Below, one piece after another: positions 55,151-63,003 of a stretch of DNA of 64,000 bases. Made by a program: the position numbers and the translations under genes. The notes under the pieces are model-generated. The model was not told the DNA's origin. It was given only the letters and a program-made list of their open reading frames with translations, and did no database searches. Within the stretch, counting starts at the first letter, position 1. Every line of letters begins with the position of its first letter. The stretch is from an uncultured Verrucomicrobiota bacterium (GTDB lineage Bacteria; Auribacterota; JABMQX01), in the NCBI GenBank assembly GCA_964482435.1, contig CAYZXL010000006.1, forward strand, positions 64,661 through 128,660, given 5' to 3'.

Positions 55151-58100
55151 TCACCTTGCGGAGCTGCTGCGCGCAGCCGGGACGAGGGCGTAGAGGTCCA
55201 TGTGACTGCCAAAAGTCAGGATTTCGTTCTGCCCGTCATTGTCGGCGTCAAGAACGAGCACCCCGTTGGCCCGCCTCCCTTTAAGGTCGCCTGAAAAAAC
55301 GAGGTTCCCACCTCTGTCCATGATCAGGAGAGAGTCAACGGTCACCGCGACAATTTCCGGAATCCCGTCCCCGGATACATCTCCCCAGGCAACGCCTTGC
55401 CCTTCAGGAAACGGGATTGTCAGCAGCCGCGATCCGTCGAGCTTCTGGACGACTACTCCCTCCGACGTGCACAGGAATAGCTCCAGGTCGCCACCGCCGT
55501 CGTAATCCCCGATGTCGTATCCCTTAGGGTTAGCAGCGCAGAGAAGCTTCCCGTCGGGCGAGATGACCCGCAAGCCGTCCGCCTCGACAATGACCTCCTC
55601 TTTTCCGTCCCCGGTGCAGTCGCGGAAGTAAGCTCGCCTGACGATGCCGGTGTCCTGTTCCCACCTGGGTTTGCCATCGCTGCCGAGGAGGACAATCTTG
55701 CCGCCGGCAGCCATGAGATAGTACGTCATCCCGAGACCAACGTCCTGCTTTTCCACGACAACGAGAAATTCGTCTTTCCCGTCTTTGTCGAGGTCAAGCG
55801 GTCGCACGTCCTGCACTGCGGGAGGTGCGGGCCATCGCCCCTCCTCGCTGCTCTTTTTGTCGGGGATGCCGCCCAGGTCGTAAATCCATACGTTCTTCCC
55901 TTCCCTATCCCGAAGGAAGACCTTTCTCCTTGTGGCAATGAGCTCGTTCCCCGCCGACCGCCCGCAGGAGAATTCGATGGAGTCCGATTCCCTCGACATT
56001 CGACCGCGGTCATGCTTCGGCGTGTATTCGGCTTGAGAAACGACCTTCCCGGATGTGTCAATCCACATGCTCCGGGCTGTGCCGTAGAACTGGCGCTCGT
56101 AGGCAAATATGAGCTTATTCTCGTCTTTCTGCCGGAAGTCAACGTATCTGGCACGTGTCTTTAGCTCCCAGAGAACATGGAGGTCAGGGCTGAGGGGGCG
56201 CAGCCCATTGTCCGTTCGCGACACTATCTCCCTTCTCCCATCCCCGTTCAAATCCCAGGCATAAACCTCCCTCGCGTATAGCGAGTCGCAGGCACCTTTC
56301 CGGACGAGGCTCCAGGGTATTTCTGCTGCTGGCTGCGCGGCCCGAGAACCGAGCTTTTTCGCGCACACCTCTTTGACGGTAACTGTTGGCTTGTCGGACG
56401 TATGGAGACGGAGGGTAAGGTCCGTGAAGACTTTCGCGTCGGGAAATCTCTCAAGGAGATTAGTGAATAACTGCCGTGCTTCGTCATTATTTGCGATTTC
56501 CTCGCAGAGCAGCGCGAGATAGGTCATGGACTGCGGATCGAGCCTGTCGAAAGACGCGCGCCGGAAGGCGGCAAGTGCTTCCTTCTTCTGGCCCATGCCG
56601 TAACGGGCAAAACCTCGAACAATGTCAGCCTGCCGCCAGCCGCTTTCCTCGCACGCCTCGATCGCCTCCTTGAAGCGGCCGAGCTTCACAAGGGCGCAGG
56701 CCTGTATGATGTTCCCGGTTCTTCGGCGCGGGCGGAACGGCAGCTCGTACTTCTCGAACAACTCGAGGGCCCTTTCATACATCCCGAGCCGATAATACGC
56801 CCCGGCAGCAGCCCACATCGCGTCAACAACGTCCTGCCGAGTCGCACCGCCTCCGGAGCCCGGCTTCTGGGCTTGCGATTCCATCTTCTCGTACTCGGCG
56901 ACAACGGCCCGGTCATTTCCGGTTTCGGCAAGAGCGTAGATCAACTGCCGGCGCGCCTCTCTCACCGCGGCCAGGTCTTTCGACTCCATGACCTTGCGCA
57001 AAGCGTTCACTCTCTCCTGCCCCCTCAGCTTGTCAGCGAGGATTTCCACCGCCCGCGGACCCTGCGGAGATGCCAGGAATTCCCGGAGACTCTGCTTGAG
57101 CGCGGCGGCATTCAGGGATGGCTCGCTGCGGCTGGAGCGGGTCACGCGACATACCGACCCCACCAGGACGCCGGGCCCCGCGCTTGACGGGTAATCCATC
57201 AGGCGGTAACGCACCTCATCCCACCAAATAGGATTTTTCGAGAAAACCATCGTCATTTCTTCGCCGCAGTGGCTCAGGCGCACCTCTGCTTTCCCGTCTT
57301 TGGTGGAGCATTCCTGAACGATTCGGTGATTGCCAACTCTGTGGCACGTTTTCCCTAACCTCAGCGGGAAGCAAGGAAGATGGAACGGCGCGCGACCGCC
57401 CGTGCCTCGCACGCGGTAGGGATCGAACGGAAAGCGCCCGCCGAGGCTCGCTTCGACGAAGTTGGAGCTTTCCTGGTCAAGGTAGAGGATGACGTCGGGC
57501 GTGCCGCCGGAAGGGTCAATCACCTGGCGGAGTGAATGGCAGAGCTTTCCACCCTTTTGCTCTGGCGATTCCACGCACGCAAACAGCCGCTGCTGGCGGA
57601 TAGCCCCCGCGAAATATCCCCTCATGGCCGCCGCGTCCGAGTCAATGGGGCCGAGGCTGTCAACTTCCATCTCCCAGCAGTCTCCCTCTTTCCAGTGCGG
57701 CGTATATTCAGGCAGTGGTTCTCCTTCAGGACGTTTCAAATGAGGAGCTTTGTCCACGATTTCCGCCAGCAACTTCTCCTCCTCGCCGAGCGGATTGCAG
57801 TCCATGTGAGTGAACTCGAAGAGGCACTTCCGGAGCTTTTCCGCCGCCTCGTCGAGGCGCCCCGCCTCAAAATCCTCGGTCGCAAGGGCGGACAGGGCAC
57901 TGTAGGCCTGGCCATAGCGCGGATATTCCTGAATGATTTGCTTGCGGAAGGAGGAAGCTTCCTGCGGATTGGTCTTCGTAACGAGATTCGCCACCTTAAG
58001 CATGGCCCAGGGACGCTCTACGGTTTCCCGAGGCAGCTTGACGATTGCACGGCAGTATTTCTCTTTCTCGGCGTTTGTGAGGTCGCGTGCTATCTCGGTT

Positions 58101-58435
58101 ACGACATGGGCAAAGTGCTTCCCGTCCGGGAACTGCTCCAGGTATGCCCGGAAGAGGTTTTTCCCCTCCGCCTTTTCTGCGTCGGCCCGGTAGTATTGGG
58201 TAAGCTGCGTAGCCTTTGCGTACAGGACTTCCCCGGCGGCTGGCTTCCCCCGAAACCTCTCCATTGCGGCGTCGAGGATTCTGAACCCCTCCTCGTTCTC
58301 GCCAATGACGAAACACCCCTCTGCCCGGTTGATCAATTCCTCGACTTGTTTTCCCTCTTCCGATGGCTGACCGATGCACGCAACGGCAACGAGAAGGCCA
58401 AGGATAGTCAGCATCAGCTTTATGAGGCACCTCAT
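55151..58435 (-). CDS. Large secreted (possibly lipo-)protein with an N-terminal TPR-like helical region and C-terminal FG-GAP/VCBS beta-propeller repeats
   Basis: 1094 aa, signal peptide MRCLIKLMLTILGLLVAVAC. TPR-like helices include AAGAYYRLGMYERALELFEKY and LVKLGRFKEAIEACEES. Six or more Ca-binding FG-GAP motifs: DLNGDGRREIV, DLDKDGKDEFLVV, DCTGDGKEEVIVE, DYDGGGDLELFL, DVSGDGIPEIVAV, DADNDGQNEILTF. Confidence 0.8.
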   Translation of the reverse strand: MRCLIKLMLTILGLLVAVACIGQPSEEGKQVEELINRAEGCFVIGENEEGFRILDAAMERFRGKPAAGEVLYAKATQLTQYYRADAEKAEGKNLFRAYLEQFPDGKHFAHVVTEIARDLTNAEKEKYCRAIVKLPRETVERPWAMLKVANLVTKTNPQEASSFRKQIIQEYPRYGQAYSALSALATEDFEAGRLDEAAEKLRKCLFEFTHMDCNPLGEEEKLLAEIVDKAPHLKRPEGEPLPEYTPHWKEGDCWEMEVDSLGPIDSDAAAMRGYFAGAIRQQRLFACVESPEQKGGKLCHSLRQVIDPSGGTPDVILYLDQESSNFVEASLGGRFPFDPYRVRGTGGRAPFHLPCFPLRLGKTCHRVGNHRIVQECSTKDGKAEVRLSHCGEEMTMVFSKNPIWWDEVRYRLMDYPSSAGPGVLVGSVCRVTRSSRSEPSLNAAALKQSLREFLASPQGPRAVEILADKLRGQERVNALRKVMESKDLAAVREARRQLIYALAETGNDRAVVAEYEKMESQAQKPGSGGGATRQDVVDAMWAAAGAYYRLGMYERALELFEKYELPFRPRRRTGNIIQACALVKLGRFKEAIEACEESGWRQADIVRGFARYGMGQKKEALAAFRRASFDRLDPQSMTYLALLCEEIANNDEARQLFTNLLERFPDAKVFTDLTLRLHTSDKPTVTVKEVCAKKLGSRAAQPAAEIPWSLVRKGACDSLYAREVYAWDLNGDGRREIVSRTDNGLRPLSPDLHVLWELKTRARYVDFRQKDENKLIFAYERQFYGTARSMWIDTSGKVVSQAEYTPKHDRGRMSRESDSIEFSCGRSAGNELIATRRKVFLRDREGKNVWIYDLGGIPDKKSSEEGRWPAPPAVQDVRPLDLDKDGKDEFLVVVEKQDVGLGMTYYLMAAGGKIVLLGSDGKPRWEQDTGIVRRAYFRDCTGDGKEEVIVEADGLRVISPDGKLLCAANPKGYDIGDYDGGGDLELFLCTSEGVVVQKLDGSRLLTIPFPEGQGVAWGDVSGDGIPEIVAVTVDSLLIMDRGGNLVFSGDLKGRRANGVLVLDADNDGQNEILTFGSHMDLYALVPAARSSSAR

Positions 58436-58470
58436 CGTGCTGTCCTCCTCTCAAGATACGGCAGTGCAAT

Positions 58471-58524
58471 CGTGGCACGGACGTCCCGCCCGTGGAAGAT
58501 CATGGGCAAGATGCCCATGCCACG
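58471..58524 (-). repeat. R1 mini-hairpin repeat, copy 3 (inverted orientation)
   Basis: cgtggCACGGACGtccCGCCCGTGgaagatcATGGGCAagaTGCCCATgccacg, two adjacent perfect or near-perfect mini-hairpins. It is the reverse complement of the 41932-41986 copy. Confidence 0.7.
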
Positions 58525-59041
58525 TGGGCCGCCGCGGTCTCCGGCCCATCGTGCGCGCCCGCCCCGCAGAGAGACGGGGGGCTACAAGGCCGGTTCGCAT
58601 GCCAGGCGACGCGCGAGCGCCATTTTCGGGCAGACTGGGGGCGCGAGGGTCCTCACCGAGATTGTGCCTTCCACTGACGTGTCAGGCCGTGGGCTATCAG
58701 GGCATGTGGCTTTTCGGCCGGTCCTCCGGGCGCATACGCCCCCCCTGTGATAGACTCCGCCGAAATGGGAACGTTCCGCGGATTTTCGCTCTCGGCCCGA
58801 GCAAACCAGAAACCTGCTTCACGACGAGGGTGCAAACCCGGCCAGCCCCTCCTCGAATGTCTTCGCCGACTTCTCGGCAATCCTTGGCATCATGCCGGAA
58901 GCAGCAATTTCCCGCCTCCTAAAAGTCCCCTCGCGTGAGCGGAAGCGACAGCCCGGATACTCGATCCTGGCTCTGGCTACACGAACTCATTGATTCGGCG
59001 GAGGATGGCCCCGCGGCGCGAGGGCCACACCAGGGTGGCAG

Positions 59042-62000
59042 TCACGGTGACTCCGTTGTGCGCGGTCTCCTCAGTATCCAGAACGACTCGCCAGCACTGA
59101 GCGTCATCGCCGAAAAATCGTCCGCCTCGTCATCCCACCATTTCCCATCGTACCCTTCGCCTAAACCGTCGAGGAGGTACGCCGATGCGTAGCTTTGAGT
59201 GCTTGCGTTCCATTTCCAGAGCATGTCAGCTTCTTCAGCAGTCGGCCCGCCGGCAAGCGACGCTGCAATCACATCGCCTATGCAGCCCGAACTGCCGTTG
59301 AGCCTGCTATCAGCGGGAACCAGGGGCACGGAGATCATCGTAAACCCGTCCTTGACGGGGAAGACCTTGACGAAGCCGACGGGATTGGTGTAGATGCCAG
59401 CGGATTCCACTCGATAAAATCGCTGCGTGGTTTCAGCAGCGACAATGTCCGACCACATGAGGTCAGTAATCGGCCAGGTTCCTGGAGCATTCTGCCACGG
59501 CTCGAGGACGAGGTCATTTGTCCACTGAACTGTGCATCGCCCGTCGCCAAACTGGGGCCATCGCAGCGTCACGACATCTCCGTCTCTGGTCATGATCACC
59601 CTCGGTGTGCTCCCAAACTCATACGCCCCCATGTCCACTGTTGCGTTCGCTATTCGCGGATTCCCGTCGAGGTCAACCGCATCCGACATCCAATCCTGGT
59701 TCTGGCCTGCGTCAATACAGGGCGAAGAGGCTTGAAGGCGATAGTTATTGTCGTCATATGTCTTCGGGTCGTCATCCGGCCCATCCGGGTCAACGAATTT
59801 GGGATCGTCAGCAATGTTCCCCTCTCCGCCGCCCGTCCAGCCCTGAATGCACGAGTAGCCCGGTAGGGCGGAGTTGCTCGGCTCGGAACCGCCCGCGGCC
59901 GCATTTCCCCAGATGATGCAGTTGAGGATTATCCCGCTACAGCCGCTAAGGCCGCCGCCCTCAGGAGCCGAGTTGCCGGAGATGAGGTTGTTCTGGACGG
60001 TGCCGTAACACCAGTATAAACCACCTCCGGCGTCCCCTGCGGTATTACCAGAGATGAGGTTCCCCTCGATCGTCCCGGAACAACCCGTCAGCCCTCCGCC
60101 ATAGTCGCTGGCGATGTTCCGCGAGATCCTGTTGTTCCGGATGGCGCCGTCGCAGCGACGCAGGCCCCCGCCGTCATGGCCCGCGGTGTTCCTGGAGATC
60201 GTGTTGTCCTGGATGGTGCCGCCGCAGTCGGCCAACCCTCCGCCGTCCCATCCGGCGGCGTTCTCCGAGATGGTGTTCTTCTGGATAATGCCGTTACACC
60301 TGTGCAGGCCGCCACCATAGGTGTAGGCCGAGTTTTCCGTGATTGTGTTGTTCTCGATGGTGCCGCCGCAATCATCAAGCCCCCCGGCGCCGTAGCTCTC
60401 AGCGGAGTTTCGCGAGATTGTGTTGTTCTCGATGGGACCGTCGCAGCCGCACAGCCCGCCGCCCGCCTGGTGGGCCGAGTTCGCGGTGATCCTGTTGTTC
60501 TGGATGGGCCCGTCGCACCACATCAGCCCCCCGCCTACCAGGCCGGCGGAGTTGGCGGATATGGTGTTGTCCCGGATGATGCCATCGCACTCGAAGAGCC
60601 CACCGCCCCCGACGGCAGAGGCGTTTCGCCAGACTGTGTTGTTCTGGATGGTCCCATCGCAATCGTACAGGCCACCACCAGCGTTCCTCGCCGAGTTCTC
60701 TCTAATTGTGTTGTTGCGGATGATGCCATGGCAGAAATGCAGTCCACCGCCCAAACTGGCCGAGTTGTTGGCAATAATGTTGTTCTCGATTGTGCCATCG
60801 CAGCCAAAGATAGCACCGCCCGACTCGGCGTGGTTGCCGGTGATCACATTGTTCTGAATGGGGCCCGTGCAGTCGGCCAGTCCACCACCTGACCCGCCTT
60901 CGTCGGGGCGCCCCTGGGCCGTGTTCCCCCGAATCGCGTTATTCCGGATCACCCCGGCACAGCCATATATTCCGCCGCCGTCGTAAGATACGTTTCCCTC
61001 GATTATGTTGTTCTGGATGGTGGCGTGTGTGCCATTGCCACTGACCCCGCCGCCACTGCCGCCGTTGCCGTTGCGGATCGTGAAGCCCGACAGCATGGAT
61101 TGTTCGGTCTCCGACCCCGCAAATAGGACAGCGGGGCCGAGTTGGTTTCCGTCAATGACGGTGTGCTCAATGGCATACCAGCACGCTGGATCGGTGCTCC
61201 GCAGGACGATGCTCTTGCCTTTAAAATTGATATTCTCAAGGTAGATTCCCTCAAAAACGACGATTATGTCGCAACCGGACGCGGCATCTATCCCTTCCTG
61301 GATTGTCTTGAATGCTGCTTCACAGGATAGCCCATCGCCGGATCGAGGGACCTTGCCGTCCACGTAGAGTATTAAGCAGCTGGGGTACTCGTACGCGCCC
61401 ATATCCACGATACGGTTCGCGATTCGCCGGTTACCCTCGAGGTCGGCGACCGCCTCACGTGGGACTGCCGCGTTGTCGCCAGCGTCAACACAAGGTGAGC
61501 CGGGCCGCAGATGAAGGTCGGCGCCGACCCACACATCGTCCGAAGGGTCAAAAGGTGTTCCCGAGTCCTCCCGATGCCCGATCGAAACAAATAGGGGGTC
61601 GGCGTCAATGTTGCCCATTCCCTCAAAGCCTCCCTGGATATCGCTATACGTGATCGAGGTTGCCAAGCCTTTCTCAACAGTTACCTTGCCGCCCGGATTC
61701 CCCCACACAATACAATTGCGGACGGTAAGGCTTGCGTACCAACAGTAAATTCCGCCCGGCCCGCCGTTGGCCGTGACAGTGCAGTTGGTGATTTGCGCCG
61801 TTCCGGAACCACAGCATACGCCGCCGTAGCCGTTACCGTAGATCGCGCAATTGATGATGTTCAAGGTGCTTCCGTTTTGGCTGACGATGGCGGCGCTGTC
61901 GGCGCTTGTGATCGTGCAGCGGTCAAGTGTCAGCCTGCTGGCGTCGCACCAAATGGCCTCGTACACACTGTCAGTGAAGCTGCAACCGGTGATCGCAGCG

Positions 62001-62809
62001 GAGCTGTCGCTGAGGAAGATTCCGGCTCCCATTCCTCCCAGAGCCCGGTTGCCGGTGAAGGTGCAGCCTGTGATCGTCAGGCTGCTCCCCTCGAAGCAGG
62101 CGATGCCGCCGCCAACGGACTCATCAGAAGTGCCACCGATTGTGCAGTTGGTGATGGTCAGGCTGCTGTTGCGGCAGTAGATGCTGCCGCCGTCAAAGTA
62201 GGCAAAGTTGCTAATAATGCAGTTGGTGATCGTCGCGCTGATGCCTTCGCAAAACATCCCGCCGCCGCCATGGGAAGACCCTCCTGCAAAGTTGCCCGTT
62301 ATTGTGCTGTTGCTGACGGTCCCGCCACATTGATGCAACCCCGCACCTTCCCAAGCAGCGTTTCCACTGATCGTGTTGTTCCGGATCGTGGCGCGAGTGC
62401 CATACCCGCAGATTCCCCCACCAAAATAGGCGCTGCCGTTCCGAAGAGTGAAGCCGGTCAGGACGCAGGTCTCATCCTCCGTGCCGGCGAAGGCGACAAC
62501 CGACCCTTTCTTATCTGCGTCAATAATAGTGTTGGTGACCACGCTGGTGTCGAGGGGGTCGGTGCTGGTCAAGGTAATGCACGCGCCCCGGAACGTGATG
62601 TTCTCCAGGTAAGTACCTTCGGCGACGATGACCGCGTCACGGTCCGCGGCAGCATCTATCCCCTCCTGAATCGTTTTGAAACCCGTCTCCCAGGACGTCC
62701 CGTCGCCGGACACGGCCACCGAGTCGTCCACGTACCATGTGGCCGCGGTCGCCCCCTGGCAAACCACGGGGAAAACCACAGCCGCGACTATCCTCACGAC
62801 ATCTCTCAT
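59042..62809 (-). CDS. Giant secreted tandem parallel beta-helix protein E with a Cys-containing 23-aa coil array, the shared domain in an internal position, and an extra C-terminal domain
   Basis: Track ORF 59042..62917 (TTG). ATG 62809 follows GGGGAGGGG and gives MRDVVRIVAAVVFPVVCQGATA. Two complete beta-helix modules each end in the cap ...GNIDADPLF...PGSPCVDAGDN...VDMGAYEY. There are 15 coils of GGGLxxCxGxIxNNxIxxNxA. The shared domain is RCTVQWTNDLVLEPWQNAPGTWPITDLMWSDIVAAETTQRFYRVESAG, followed by ~125 further aa. Confidence 0.87.
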   Translation of the reverse strand: MRDVVRIVAAVVFPVVCQGATAATWYVDDSVAVSGDGTSWETGFKTIQEGIDAAADRDAVIVAEGTYLENITFRGACITLTSTDPLDTSVVTNTIIDADKKGSVVAFAGTEDETCVLTGFTLRNGSAYFGGGICGYGTRATIRNNTISGNAAWEGAGLHQCGGTVSNSTITGNFAGGSSHGGGGMFCEGISATITNCIISNFAYFDGGSIYCRNSSLTITNCTIGGTSDESVGGGIACFEGSSLTITGCTFTGNRALGGMGAGIFLSDSSAAITGCSFTDSVYEAIWCDASRLTLDRCTITSADSAAIVSQNGSTLNIINCAIYGNGYGGVCCGSGTAQITNCTVTANGGPGGIYCWYASLTVRNCIVWGNPGGKVTVEKGLATSITYSDIQGGFEGMGNIDADPLFVSIGHREDSGTPFDPSDDVWVGADLHLRPGSPCVDAGDNAAVPREAVADLEGNRRIANRIVDMGAYEYPSCLILYVDGKVPRSGDGLSCEAAFKTIQEGIDAASGCDIIVVFEGIYLENINFKGKSIVLRSTDPACWYAIEHTVIDGNQLGPAVLFAGSETEQSMLSGFTIRNGNGGSGGGVSGNGTHATIQNNIIEGNVSYDGGGIYGCAGVIRNNAIRGNTAQGRPDEGGSGGGLADCTGPIQNNVITGNHAESGGAIFGCDGTIENNIIANNSASLGGGLHFCHGIIRNNTIRENSARNAGGGLYDCDGTIQNNTVWRNASAVGGGGLFECDGIIRDNTISANSAGLVGGGLMWCDGPIQNNRITANSAHQAGGGLCGCDGPIENNTISRNSAESYGAGGLDDCGGTIENNTITENSAYTYGGGLHRCNGIIQKNTISENAAGWDGGGLADCGGTIQDNTISRNTAGHDGGGLRRCDGAIRNNRISRNIASDYGGGLTGCSGTIEGNLISGNTAGDAGGGLYWCYGTVQNNLISGNSAPEGGGLSGCSGIILNCIIWGNAAAGGSEPSNSALPGYSCIQGWTGGGEGNIADDPKFVDPDGPDDDPKTYDDNNYRLQASSPCIDAGQNQDWMSDAVDLDGNPRIANATVDMGAYEFGSTPRVIMTRDGDVVTLRWPQFGDGRCTVQWTNDLVLEPWQNAPGTWPITDLMWSDIVAAETTQRFYRVESAGIYTNPVGFVKVFPVKDGFTMISVPLVPADSRLNGSSGCIGDVIAASLAGGPTAEEADMLWKWNASTQSYASAYLLDGLGEGYDGKWWDDEADDFSAMTLSAGESFWILRRPRTTESP
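59900..61030 (-). repeat. In-frame 69-72-bp tandem repeat array (15 beta-helix coils) within gene E
   Basis: Successive units: GGGLADCTGPIQNNVITGNHAES, GGAIFGCDGTIENNIIANNSASL, GGGLHFCHGIIRNNTIRENSARNA, GGGLYDCDGTIQNNTVWRNASAVG ... GGGLSGCSGIILNCIIWGNAAAG. The periodicity also shows up as repetitive antisense ORFs in the track (60088-60892). Confidence 0.75.
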
Positions 62810-62924
62810 TTTTGGCCCCTCCCCTGAGGTTGTCCGCTCCTCCTTCGTTTCCCTGCGAAAAAGTGCCGCGGAGACTCCAAGCATGTTCAATTTAGCGCGC
62901 GTATGCAGGAACGTCAATATGAAA

Positions 62925-62993
62925 GGGGCGTCTCGCCCTCGGAGATCCAGGCAAGGTCCCCCGAGTCAGTCGGCAAGATGCCGGGGGTACAGC
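62925..62993 (+). repeat. R2 mini-hairpin repeat, copy 2
   Basis: GGGGCGtctCGCCCTCGgagatccaGGCAAGGTCCCCCGagtcagtCGGCAagaTGCCGGGGGTACAGC aligns with 34991-35061 (gaGGGCGtctCGCCCTCG...GGCAGGATGCCCCCGgcacagcCGGCAagaTGCCGGCGGTACAGC). Confidence 0.6.
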
Positions 62994-63003
62994 GACCTCG
63001 CGG

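Noticed and set aside
58660-58940. gtgtcagg... and ...ccggaagcagc strings reminiscent of the SRP (4.5S) RNA domain IV motif
   Set aside because: The two fragments are ~200 nt apart. The conserved GGAAGGAAGCAGC context and a closing helix are absent.
58753-59004. 12-bp inverted match CTCCGCCGAAAT / GATTCGGCGGAG that might delimit a ~250-bp element, with a 24-codon ORF (MMPRIAEKSAKTFEEGLAGFAPSS) inside
   Set aside because: A single short match of this length is plausible by chance in GC-rich DNA. The SD-like AGGAGG lies 21 nt from the ATG, and no second copy exists in the window.
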